In this document: positions 38,927-47,730 of the stretch, piece by piece | Numbering within the stretch: position 1 is the first letter of the stretch | How the letters are laid out: the number at the start of each line of letters is the position of its first letter | NCBI GenBank assembly: GCA_014239775.1 | Contig: JAAZYG010000050.1 | Span: 1-50,250, forward strand | Direction: 5' to 3' | From: Candidatus Uhrbacteria bacterium | GTDB lineage: Bacteria > Patescibacteriota > Patescibacteriia > UBA9934 > GWF2-40-263 | Length of the DNA stretch: 50,250 bases | Made by a program: the position numbers and the translations under genes | Notes under the pieces: generated by a model | Databases searched by the model: none | What the model was told of the DNA's origin: nothing | What the model saw: the letters and a program-made list of their open reading frames with translations, nothing else

Positions 38927-40042
38927 ATGAAACTTTGTCCAAATAAAGAAGTGTGCGGTTCATGTAGTTGGTCTCATATACCATATAAGACACAATGCAC
39001 ACAAAAGATATCTGACATAAACGGTTCTTTCAAATTGAAAGAACTTAATTTAACTTGTTCTGAAATAATACCATCAAGTAAGACATCTCACTATAGAAAT
39101 AGGATGGATTTTGTTATTGACTTCGAGGGTAAGGTTGGGATGCGTCAGAAAGGAAAATGGTGGAGGGTTATAGATGATCACACTTGTTTTATCTCAGACA
39201 ATAAAATCGAAGACTTATTTACAAAAGTACGTGATTGGGTAAATACATCTGGATTATCGTTTTTTGACAGAAAATCTCACGAAGGTTTTCTAAGATATGC
39301 TGTAATTAGATGCACATCAACCGGTGAAACAATGATTAATATTGTAACCAGCACAGCAACCAGTAATGACTACACCGATAAAATCACAAAGGGTGATCTA
39401 ACTGACATCTCAACAACCTTAATCTGGTCAGTAAACAACACAATTACAGATGTGTCTTTTGGAGATAATATAACAATAGTTCACGGCCCTGGTTACATAG
39501 AAGAAAATATAAATGGGATCAAATACAGAATTAGTCCTAATGCTTTTTTTCAAACCAACTCAAACACATCAACTGAACTTCAAAAAAAGGTTCTTGAATA
39601 TTGTGGAAACACATCAGACAAAACATTATTAGACCTTTATTGTGGAACTGGTTTTTTTGCAATTTCTGCCAGTGCTAAAACAAAAAAAGTTGTTGGTGTT
39701 GAAATGGTTGAAGATGCAATTAACGATGCTCGTATAAATGCTGAGATCAATAATTTAAATATTGATTTTGTGCATGCAAAAACAGAGAACTTTGATTGGG
39801 GTCAATACAATGCAGACATAGTAATACTAGACCCACCTCGATCAGGAATGCACGATTCAGCTCTAAATGATGTAATAAAAATTCAACCTGATACAATAAT
39901 ATATGTTTCTTGTAATCCAAAAAACTTTGCAAGAGAAATGGTGCAATTACAAAATTTTTATAAAGTAGAAAAAATGTGTGCAATTGATATGTTTCCACAT
40001 ACTCCACACGTTGAATTAGTAAGCAAGTTAACCAAAAAATAA
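38927..40042 (+). CDS. RNA (uracil-5-)-methyltransferase, TrmA/RlmD family, without a TRAM domain
   Basis: N-terminal Cys cluster CPNKEVCGSCSW. SAM motif LDLYCGTGFFAI, then DPPRSGMH and YVSCNP. Confidence 0.88.
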   Translation: MKLCPNKEVCGSCSWSHIPYKTQCTQKISDINGSFKLKELNLTCSEIIPSSKTSHYRNRMDFVIDFEGKVGMRQKGKWWRVIDDHTCFISDNKIEDLFTKVRDWVNTSGLSFFDRKSHEGFLRYAVIRCTSTGETMINIVTSTATSNDYTDKITKGDLTDISTTLIWSVNNTITDVSFGDNITIVHGPGYIEENINGIKYRISPNAFFQTNSNTSTELQKKVLEYCGNTSDKTLLDLYCGTGFFAISASAKTKKVVGVEMVEDAINDARINAEINNLNIDFVHAKTENFDWGQYNADIVILDPPRSGMHDSALNDVIKIQPDTIIYVSCNPKNFAREMVQLQNFYKVEKMCAIDMFPHTPHVELVSKLTKK

Positions 40043-40043
40043 T

Positions 40044-40895
40044 ATGTCTAAATCAGGCTTTGCTGTAATAATTGGTAGATCAAATGTTGGTAAATCTACA
40101 TTGATGAACACAATTATAGGCTCTAAAATTGCAATAACAACTCCAAAACCACAAACCACACGCCTACCAATTCAAGGCATTCTAACTAGAGAGCAGGGTC
40201 AAATAGTTTTTGTAGACACACCGGGTATACTTAAAGGTGCAAAGGATATGCTGTCAAAAAAACTACTTGCAAGCGTACAAGATTCACTAAATGATGTTGA
40301 TGTTGTTATTTATGTAGTTGATCCAACCAGAGACATAGGTGATGAAGAAAAATCAGTAATGAGAACAGTGGAAAAAGTTGATGCAAAAAAAATACTTGCT
40401 ATAAACAAAATAGACTTAGAAGATAAGCCGTTTATTGATTTTTATAGATATCTGTCAGATAAATTTGACCAAACAGTAGAGATATCAGCATTGAATGGAA
40501 CACATGTTAGACGTTTGCTTGAAATGATTTACGAACATCTTCCAGAGGGGCAAAAATATTACCCAGATCACCAACTTACAAACATGCCAAATAAATTTTG
40601 GCTAGCTGAATTAATTAGAGAAAAGCTTTTTCTTCGACTACGACAAGAACTTCCTTACTCTGCACATGTTGAAGTAAGTGATATTGAAGATCGAGAAAAC
40701 GGAATGCTGTATATAAAAGGGACTATTTTTACAACAAACGACAGATATAAAAGCATGATAATTGGACAAAAAGGACGAGGCATAAAAGAAATTGGACAAT
40801 CAACAAGAAAAGAATTAGAAAACGTAATGCAACGAAAAGTATTCTTAGACCTTAAGGTTGAGACTGATCCGCACTGGATGATGAAGTTTGAATAG
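40044..40895 (+). CDS. era: GTPase Era
   Basis: GRSNVGKSTLMN, DTPG and NKID G-motifs. C-terminal KH domain IIGQKGRGIKEIG. Confidence 0.95.
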   Translation: MSKSGFAVIIGRSNVGKSTLMNTIIGSKIAITTPKPQTTRLPIQGILTREQGQIVFVDTPGILKGAKDMLSKKLLASVQDSLNDVDVVIYVVDPTRDIGDEEKSVMRTVEKVDAKKILAINKIDLEDKPFIDFYRYLSDKFDQTVEISALNGTHVRRLLEMIYEHLPEGQKYYPDHQLTNMPNKFWLAELIREKLFLRLRQELPYSAHVEVSDIEDRENGMLYIKGTIFTTNDRYKSMIIGQKGRGIKEIGQSTRKELENVMQRKVFLDLKVETDPHWMMKFE

Positions 40896-41808
40896 AATTT
40901 ATTTCTGTAATTTCATACCCAAGAAAACTTTGAAGTAAATTTTCTTTTGAAAAAATATTTAATGACCCTTTCGATACTGGAGACAATATAACCTCCAATA
41001 TGACAGGGTTGTTTTTATTAGCAAGAATTGTATAGCGACCAAACCAATTCTGTGCCTGTATTGTTTTAACAGTTGTTTTTTTACCATTAACCAATAAACT
41101 GTATACACCAAAGTCCTCAGATGCATTCACCTCTAAAATATCTTCCGCTTCAGAAGCTTCTTCTGAATTTTTCTGCAACTTATTAATTAAGTTCTTTATA
41201 TCATCTGTCATCTTTATCGCTGATGAAACTGAATTATCAAATAACCCTAGATTGATATGTGTTTTTTTGGTTTTTGACAGCTCATCATATTGTTTTTTTG
41301 ATAACCAAATAATCGAATTATTTGATGTATTCATAGCATCACCTTCTGGCCACGATGCTGGAAGTAGAATCGTCTCAGAGTTGTCCATACTTTCAGATCT
41401 AAGAACCCCCTCTTGCATAAATGTCTCATATGTTTTTTCTGGCCTTTCAACAACCTTGGTTCCTACAGGTGTATTTTTAAGCAATAAATCATATTCCTTC
41501 TGTTTAGCTTCAGACTCCGCTGTCTGAACTTCTTCCTCTAAAAACCATTTTAGCTCTAAACTTTTTTCTAAATCCCAATCTATAATTTCAATATTTCTCT
41601 CAAGACTCTGACCACCAAGCAATCCAACCAACCTACCACCAACACCAAATACAGTTTGTCTTAAAACCAAGCTTGATCCAGTTGTTAAATTTAGGTTATC
41701 AGTTGATTCATCAACAGATTTATTACTTATACTATTTGTAACACACCCAGATCCAAACAAAATAAAAAACACTAAAAGTATTAGAATTTTTTCATTTTTT
41801 TTAGTCAT
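40852..41808 (-). CDS. Hypothetical lipoprotein
   Basis: 318 aa. Signal peptide with the lipobox-like LFGSGC. No recognised domain. The 3' end overlaps era by 44 nt. Confidence 0.7.
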   Translation of the reverse strand: MTKKNEKILILLVFFILFGSGCVTNSISNKSVDESTDNLNLTTGSSLVLRQTVFGVGGRLVGLLGGQSLERNIEIIDWDLEKSLELKWFLEEEVQTAESEAKQKEYDLLLKNTPVGTKVVERPEKTYETFMQEGVLRSESMDNSETILLPASWPEGDAMNTSNNSIIWLSKKQYDELSKTKKTHINLGLFDNSVSSAIKMTDDIKNLINKLQKNSEEASEAEDILEVNASEDFGVYSLLVNGKKTTVKTIQAQNWFGRYTILANKNNPVILEVILSPVSKGSLNIFSKENLLQSFLGYEITEINSIQTSSSSADQSQP

Positions 41809-41847
41809 ATATTAGTTTTTGTTAATCACTTCTGATAATATCTTACC

Positions 41848-42444
41848 ATGATAAAAAATATCACCCCAGCACTATTTTTCTCTATTACTGCCCTGTTTCT
41901 TGTATGGCAGAGGTTTAGTATGGAGCCACAAATCACTGTTTATATTACAGGAACCACTACAGAAGCTACTTATAAGGTTGGCGACCTTATCAAACGCGGT
42001 CAAATTATTGAAACAAAAGACAATGAATTACTTAGTGTTCAAATAGGTGACAAAACCATTCTTGGTATAGCGGAAAATACAAGAATTGAAATACACAAAA
42101 TCCTAACAAATGACAAAATAATAAAATTTACAAAAGGACGAATAATAATAAATACTGAGGATGATGTTCCAATTGTTGTAGAAACTAACTTTACTGAAAA
42201 TCTACTACATAAAGGACGTGCTAGCTTTGTTAATTATGACTTTTTAGAAAAAGTACACATACTACCAATTATAAATAGTGTACAGACAAATACAAAAGGC
42301 TCAAATGAATATATTCTTATACCTGAGGGAATGGAAATTAAGGAAACTGATCCAGTTATGTACAAAACAATTGAATATAATTTAAACACTGGAAAACATG
42401 CTTGGTTCTATGAATGGTTTAATGCAATGATTGACCAAAATTAA
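41848..42444 (+). CDS. Hypothetical membrane-anchored protein (weak FecR-like beta-rich domain)
   Basis: 198 aa with an N-terminal TM helix. The segment GDLIKRGQIIETKDNELLSVQIGDKTILGIAENTRIEI resembles FecR-type sensors only loosely. Confidence 0.6.
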   Translation: MIKNITPALFFSITALFLVWQRFSMEPQITVYITGTTTEATYKVGDLIKRGQIIETKDNELLSVQIGDKTILGIAENTRIEIHKILTNDKIIKFTKGRIIINTEDDVPIVVETNFTENLLHKGRASFVNYDFLEKVHILPIINSVQTNTKGSNEYILIPEGMEIKETDPVMYKTIEYNLNTGKHAWFYEWFNAMIDQN

Positions 42445-42459
42445 TAAATAACTTAGTAT
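42431..42459 (+). promoter_or_regulatory. Sigma70-type promoter for the HAD-like gene
   Basis: TTGACC (42431-42436), 17 nt, TAGTAT (42454-42459). AGGAGG at 42477-42482 lies 7 nt before ATG 42490. Confidence 0.5.
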
Positions 42460-42489
42460 TTCGATGCGACTAATATAGGAGGGGTAATA

Positions 42490-43377
42490 ATGAATCATTA
42501 TAGATATGTTGCTACACCAGAAGAAGTTCTGGGAATACTTAACAGAGAGACAGTATCAGATCATCTGATTCTCAGTAAAAATGAACCTGATCTAATCAAA
42601 AAAATGGCAAGCTCAATTTGTCATATTGCTGCTGACTTTGATGGTACCATCACAGCTGGTAGTCAATGGGTGGAAATTCAAAACTTCCTACCAACCACAC
42701 TTCTTAATGAAGAACATCAAGACCGTGATTGGTACTATGACCAGACATCTGGTGTTAGTAACGTAAAAACCGACATGTCAGATCCAGATTGGCTGCATGG
42801 ACACCTTATGTTTGGTAATCAAACTGCAGTTGAAGGTGCTTGGGTTGCACGATCATTTGCAAGGTACATTCAAGCAAACTTAACAGATGTGCATGTAAAA
42901 ATGGCTGGTAAAGCTGTTGTTATGCGACAAGGTGCCGTTGAGCTTTTTGAGCTGATGAATCAGCGTGTTGTAATCACATTTGGTGTAGAGCAAATAATCA
43001 AGGCCTTTCTTGAGGAAAATAAAATACATGCATCTGTTGCAGCAACAAGACTCACTTTTGATAAAGATGGATTCATAAATGGTTACAACAGAAATGTTGT
43101 GGTCAGTGCTACTAAAGCTGCTGCAGCCAACAGATTTCATAAATTAGTTGGTGATCCACCACATTTTTTCTTATCCATTGGCGACAGTATTGTTGACATA
43201 GAAATGATGCCAGAAAACGGCTTCAACGTACTTATAATGCCACCAGGAGAGGCAAATAAAAAACTTGCAGCATTCAGACGTAATCATCTTGCTACAATGT
43301 TTAATAAACTTACAATGATTCTTGTAAGCGATAGTTTACTACCTCTTGTAGATCTTATTAGACAAGCTCGCGCGTAA
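42490..43377 (+). CDS. HAD-superfamily hydrolase-like protein
   Basis: 295 aa. Motif I IAADFDGTITAG (DxDxT) and motif IV IGDSIVDIEMM (GDxxxD). Confidence 0.7.
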   Translation: MNHYRYVATPEEVLGILNRETVSDHLILSKNEPDLIKKMASSICHIAADFDGTITAGSQWVEIQNFLPTTLLNEEHQDRDWYYDQTSGVSNVKTDMSDPDWLHGHLMFGNQTAVEGAWVARSFARYIQANLTDVHVKMAGKAVVMRQGAVELFELMNQRVVITFGVEQIIKAFLEENKIHASVAATRLTFDKDGFINGYNRNVVVSATKAAAANRFHKLVGDPPHFFLSIGDSIVDIEMMPENGFNVLIMPPGEANKKLAAFRRNHLATMFNKLTMILVSDSLLPLVDLIRQARA

Positions 43378-43397
43378 AATTTTATGCGCTTTTTTTA
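43370..43397 (+). terminator. Rho-independent terminator after the HAD-like gene
   Basis: GCGCGTAA/TTATGCGC stem (one G-U pair), loop AATT, then seven T. The stop codon lies inside the stem. Confidence 0.7.
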
Positions 43398-43955
43398 TTG
43401 AATATTTACAATCAAATTTTTATGAAACCCTACCCCACCTAATTCTAAATAATAAAATTCTGCTTCCTTTCCATCCCCTATTTCAGAATAAAGATGTCCT
43501 GGTATAACACCAAACTTTTTATTATTCATTTTTATCCACCCAGCTTTACTGGATAGCATAACTGTAAAAGTACCTGACATTCCTGGATACGGTGCCTGAG
43601 CAGGAGTTGAATAATCTCTTTTACTTGGAGTAGACACAATTTTCTTAACCTGTAATGTATCTATATTTTTTTTTACATTATTTTGACTTGCTCGCACTTT
43701 AAATCCATAAAATGCAATGGCCAGCATTGAAACTGTAAATACCAAAAGTATAAAGAAAATCTTACCATCAGTTTCAGGTAAAAAAAGTGGAATTATAGAT
43801 GGCAGCCCAGTTAAAAGCCCACAAATAATCATAATCCATGCTGCCATTGAGCGCATTTTAAACATTTTTAAAATTACAATCTTTTGTGCCTCAGAAAGCT
43901 TTCCGTTTCTATTATCTGTAAGTGAATGAGTAAGATAGTCCATGTCTGGTTGCAT
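43395..43955 (-). CDS. Hypothetical two-TM membrane protein
   Basis: Track ORF runs 43395-44012. I use the internal ATG at 43955 (MQPDMDY...), which removes a 41-nt overlap with mnmA. No motif. Confidence 0.6.
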   Translation of the reverse strand: MQPDMDYLTHSLTDNRNGKLSEAQKIVILKMFKMRSMAAWIMIICGLLTGLPSIIPLFLPETDGKIFFILLVFTVSMLAIAFYGFKVRASQNNVKKNIDTLQVKKIVSTPSKRDYSTPAQAPYPGMSGTFTVMLSSKAGWIKMNNKKFGVIPGHLYSEIGDGKEAEFYYLELGGVGFHKNLIVNIQ

Positions 43956-43971
43956 ATTTTTATAATTAATT

Positions 43972-45057
43972 TTATTGAATAATCCCACCTCCAACCATTT
44001 CATCACCGTCATAAAAAACTATTGACTGGCCCGATGTAACAGCACGTTGTGGTTCACTAAATAGTACATCTACCTCCCCATTTACCAATGACATGATTTT
44101 ACAATCTTGTACTTTTTGTCTGTATCGAATGCGTGCCTGACACTTAAATGGCATATCAACATCACGGAACCAATTTAAATCCTTTGCTTTTATTGCCTTT
44201 TTAAACAACGATGGATGATACTGACTAGCAACCACCAGTTCCTTTGTGCCTTTTCTTTTTTCAACAACATAATACGGATCACCGCCCCCTATATCTAAAC
44301 CATGTCTTTGCCCAATTGTATAATAACTTATTCCTTTGTGCTTACCTAGTTCCACACCATCTGTTGTAACAATATTACCTGGATCATTTTTAATTCTAGT
44401 CTCTAAGAATTCACGAATATTTACCTCACCAACAAAACAAATTCCTGTACTATCTTTTTTGTCAGCAACAATTAAACCTAATTTACGAGCTTTATTTCTT
44501 ACTTCTGGCTTACGCATTTCTCCTATTGGAAATAAAATTTTTGGCAATACTTTTTTATCAATTGCCCACAAAAAATATGTTTGATCCTTATTATCATCAA
44601 TTCCTTTTAATATTTTTCCATTTTGTATTCTTGCGTAATGACCTGTCGCAACATAATCACAACCCAGTTTAATTGCCTCCTTATAAAATAGGTCAAACTT
44701 TATATATTTATTGCACATTACGTCAGGATTTGGTGTTCTGCCATCTTCAAACTCACGAAACATATAATCAATCACATCCTGTCTGTATTCTTTTTCAAAA
44801 TCAAATGTAGTAAATGAAATGCCTAATTTTGCAGCCACTCTTGCAGCGTCTCTCATTTCATCTTTCCATCCACATTCTTCAAACTCTTGCCCTACATTGT
44901 CTGGATTTTTACAGCTTGGGCCACTTGAATCACCAGACCAATTTTTCATAAATGCACCAATAACATCATAACCTTGCTCTAACAGCAAAGCAGCAGTTAC
45001 AGATGAATCTACACCACCAGACATCCCCACTAATACTTTTTTAATTTGTTTTTTCAT
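43972..45057 (-). CDS. mnmA: tRNA 2-thiouridine(34) synthase MnmA
   Basis: PP-loop VLVGMSGGVDSSVTAALL. 361 aa, with catalytic Cys residues in the CNKYIKF and TGICF contexts. Confidence 0.95.
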   Translation of the reverse strand: MKKQIKKVLVGMSGGVDSSVTAALLLEQGYDVIGAFMKNWSGDSSGPSCKNPDNVGQEFEECGWKDEMRDAARVAAKLGISFTTFDFEKEYRQDVIDYMFREFEDGRTPNPDVMCNKYIKFDLFYKEAIKLGCDYVATGHYARIQNGKILKGIDDNKDQTYFLWAIDKKVLPKILFPIGEMRKPEVRNKARKLGLIVADKKDSTGICFVGEVNIREFLETRIKNDPGNIVTTDGVELGKHKGISYYTIGQRHGLDIGGGDPYYVVEKRKGTKELVVASQYHPSLFKKAIKAKDLNWFRDVDMPFKCQARIRYRQKVQDCKIMSLVNGEVDVLFSEPQRAVTSGQSIVFYDGDEMVGGGIIQ

Positions 45058-45111
45058 AACTTAAAAATACTATCACACTTATATGATTATTTGATAAATA
45101 TAATTAAACCT

Positions 45112-45140
45112 TTGACAAAATGGTATATAAATAATAGTAT
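45112..45140 (+). promoter_or_regulatory. Sigma70-type promoter for the pseudo-receiver gene
   Basis: TTGACA (45112-45117), 17 nt, TAGTAT (45135-45140). GGAGGTG at 45158-45164 precedes ATG 45167. Confidence 0.5.
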
Positions 45141-45166
45141 CCTTCAACCAAACAAATGGAGGTGAA

Positions 45167-45622
45167 ATGACTAAAAAGAACTTTCTTGTTCTATACATTG
45201 GTAATTCTGAACCTAATCTAGGCATGCTGCTTCATGGCATTATGGATTTAGTTCCAGAAAAAGTAGAACCGGAATTTCATTGTGTTGAAACTATAAATCT
45301 TGGATTACAGCTGCTGTATGAAGATGATTCATATGACCTAATAATGACACATCAGGATGATAATAAAATATCTAATGGTGGTTCCGAGTATTGTTGTGTT
45401 GAAGAATTGATCGAACACCAAAGCTACACACACTCTGCTGTTCCGATTATCGTTATGGCAGATAGAGTAATGCGTGGAACAGCAGCACTCAATAATAAGA
45501 AATTTAAAATTTACATCATATCGAAGGATAATACATCAGCAATTTCTGATGCCATTACAGCGAGTGCATGGACACTTCTTTCAAATGTTCCAAGATCACA
45601 AGCCGAACAATCCATTCACTAA
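45167..45622 (+). CDS. Stand-alone receiver-like (CheY-fold) protein with a degenerate phosphoacceptor pocket
   Basis: 151 aa that align by eye to CheY. FLVLYIGNSEP matches FLVVDDFST (DD->GN). YDLIMTHQDDN matches FVISDWNMPN (D57->T). PIIVMAD matches PVLMVTA. YIISKD matches YVVKPF, so the Lys is retained. Confidence 0.6.
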   Translation: MTKKNFLVLYIGNSEPNLGMLLHGIMDLVPEKVEPEFHCVETINLGLQLLYEDDSYDLIMTHQDDNKISNGGSEYCCVEELIEHQSYTHSAVPIIVMADRVMRGTAALNNKKFKIYIISKDNTSAISDAITASAWTLLSNVPRSQAEQSIH

Positions 45623-45650
45623 TCCTCTAAACTAGAGGATTTTTATTTTT
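45622..45650 (+). terminator. Terminator of the pseudo-receiver gene, embedded in the 3' end of the convergent HD gene
   Basis: Stem ATCCTCTA (45622-45629)/TAGAGGAT (45633-45640), loop AAC, then TTTTATTTTT. Confidence 0.6.
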
Positions 45651-46937
45651 ATTGAATTTCTCAAAATCCTCAACTCTTACAAAGAAATCTGTAAATTGTA
45701 TTTTTTCATTGTATTTTTGCAATAAATCTGAATATTGATATATAGGCACAAATGATGTGCTGTTAATATTTTTCTTCTCCACATAAATCATCATCTCAGA
45801 ATCCATCCCCTCGCATAAATGAGACAGCTCACCTGAAGCATCATTTGTAAAATACTTTATTTCATTATCTTCACACAACTTAATAAGATTCTCTAGCAAC
45901 TTACCATCTTCTAAATTTGATCTTTGTAATCGAATAATTCTTTTTGCAGTTATTCTGTTCATCAAATGATATGACCAGTAATTATGTTTATTTTCTGATG
46001 CCTCAAACATTAAATCAATAACTGTTCCATCCCTTAATTTTGCGTATTCTTTTGGATTTGTTGGAATCTTAAATTTTATTTCCTGATTTTTTATTGCCTG
46101 TTCAAGATAATGTACAAATCCAGCTTTCGTTTTATGAAAATACACCTGATCAATCATGTGATATCTTGCCAACAATAAATCCTCAAATGCCCTTACGCCT
46201 TTTTCTGAAATTGTAAAAATTAATTTACCATTATTTTCAGCTACACCCATTGCTGAAATTAACCATTCAAGATCATAATGCCCATATGACACACCACAAT
46301 AATAACTATCCCTTAATAAATAATCCATTCTGTCACAATCCACCTCACCTGAAATCAAACCTTTTAACACACGATGAAAACTAGGAATGCTATCTTCTAG
46401 ATTATTAAAATACTCTGACGGTTTAATATCCTTGTGTATTAATGAACAAATATCTTGTGCAAACCCTGAATCAAACAAACCTTCTTCTGCTAGTGTTTGT
46501 ATCAAGAGAACGCTGTAATCTTCATGAACAGCTTGTCTATCTTCAACTTTTTTCCACCAACTCCAATTAAGAGGTAACTTTTTCAAATTTGGAAAAATAA
46601 CTTCTGATGCATGAGAAAAAGGACCGTGACCAATATCATGGAGAAGTCCTGCTACTCTAATTCTTTTTCTAAGAGCATCAATATCATCTTTATTTAATTT
46701 ATTCATTAATAAATCAGACTTTTCTACAAACTGTGTAAACAACAAACCAGCAACATGCATTGCACCTAATGAATGAGTAAATCTGTTATGCACTCCTCCT
46801 GGATACACATAAGATTGAAGAAAACTTAGCTGACTAATAAATCGCAGGCGTTGAAAAAACGGGTGATCAATGATCCTCCGTTCAAATTCATTAAATAAAA
46901 TATGTTTGTGTATTGGATCGCGAACTTTATTCTCCAT
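45627..46937 (-). CDS. HD-domain phosphohydrolase (SAMHD1/dGTPase-like, COG1078-type)
   Basis: 436 aa. HNRFTHSLGAMHVAG, AGLLHDIGHGPFSH and VDCDRMDYLLRDSYYCGV. Confidence 0.88.
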   Translation of the reverse strand: MENKVRDPIHKHILFNEFERRIIDHPFFQRLRFISQLSFLQSYVYPGGVHNRFTHSLGAMHVAGLLFTQFVEKSDLLMNKLNKDDIDALRKRIRVAGLLHDIGHGPFSHASEVIFPNLKKLPLNWSWWKKVEDRQAVHEDYSVLLIQTLAEEGLFDSGFAQDICSLIHKDIKPSEYFNNLEDSIPSFHRVLKGLISGEVDCDRMDYLLRDSYYCGVSYGHYDLEWLISAMGVAENNGKLIFTISEKGVRAFEDLLLARYHMIDQVYFHKTKAGFVHYLEQAIKNQEIKFKIPTNPKEYAKLRDGTVIDLMFEASENKHNYWSYHLMNRITAKRIIRLQRSNLEDGKLLENLIKLCEDNEIKYFTNDASGELSHLCEGMDSEMMIYVEKKNINSTSFVPIYQYSDLLQKYNEKIQFTDFFVRVEDFEKFNKNKNPLV

Positions 46938-46969
46938 ATTTATTCTAGTTACATTCTACACAAATGACC

Positions 46970-47728
46970 TTACATCACTAATAATAAAAAACCTAGCAAG
47001 ACTCTAAAGACTGCTATATTTGCGTATGTATTTGTTTGTAAATATGTAAGTAAAAAACGAATTGTTATAAAAGCTGTTATAAATGCACTAATAAATCCGG
47101 CTATAAGAGGCAATAAACTTATTGTGTTTGGGGTTTGTATTATGTGAATTGTTTTTAAAATCCCTGCTGCAGCAATAGTTGGAATAGCTAGTAAAAAAGA
47201 AAACTTTGTTGCAGTTTCTCGTGATAATCCACCAAACAAACCAGCTGTGATTGTAATTCCAGATCTTGATGTACCAGGAATTAGCGCTATTACTTGTGCA
47301 AAACCAATAGCCACAGATCTTTTTAGGCCAACATTTTTTATATTATCCTTATTTTTTTTTGAATAATGATCAGCAAAATATAACACCACACCCCATACTA
47401 TAAAACTCATTGCAACGACCTGCTTTGATCTAAAATAAATCTCAACACTGTCTTGAAACAAAAAACCGAAAATAACCACCGGAATTGTTGCAGCAATAAT
47501 CCAACTAAGAAGTTTTTTATTTTTTAAAAACAAACTAACCACATCATCTCTTAATGCAAGAACTACAGCAGCCAGTGTTGCAAGATGTACAACAGCATCA
47601 AAAGACAAGCTTTGTATATTCCAACCAAATAATTCAGGTATAACTATTAAAAAACCAGAACTTGAAATTGGTAAAAATTCTGTTATACCTTGTACTATCC
47701 CTAATACTAAAGCCTGAAAAATTGTCAT
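46970..47728 (-). CDS. uppP: Undecaprenyl-diphosphate phosphatase
   Basis: 252 aa, polytopic. GITEFLPISSSGFL and IPGTSRSGITITAGLF motifs. Confidence 0.93.
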   Translation of the reverse strand: MTIFQALVLGIVQGITEFLPISSSGFLIVIPELFGWNIQSLSFDAVVHLATLAAVVLALRDDVVSLFLKNKKLLSWIIAATIPVVIFGFLFQDSVEIYFRSKQVVAMSFIVWGVVLYFADHYSKKNKDNIKNVGLKRSVAIGFAQVIALIPGTSRSGITITAGLFGGLSRETATKFSFLLAIPTIAAAGILKTIHIIQTPNTISLLPLIAGFISAFITAFITIRFLLTYLQTNTYANIAVFRVLLGFLLLVM

Positions 47729-47730
47729 GT

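Noticed and set aside
45627-46937. HD-domain dNTPase-like gene as an anti-phage dNTP-depletion defence gene.
   Set aside because: SAMHD1/dGTPase-like HD proteins are common housekeeping enzymes. Nothing in the sequence (no defence-island neighbours) distinguishes a defence role.
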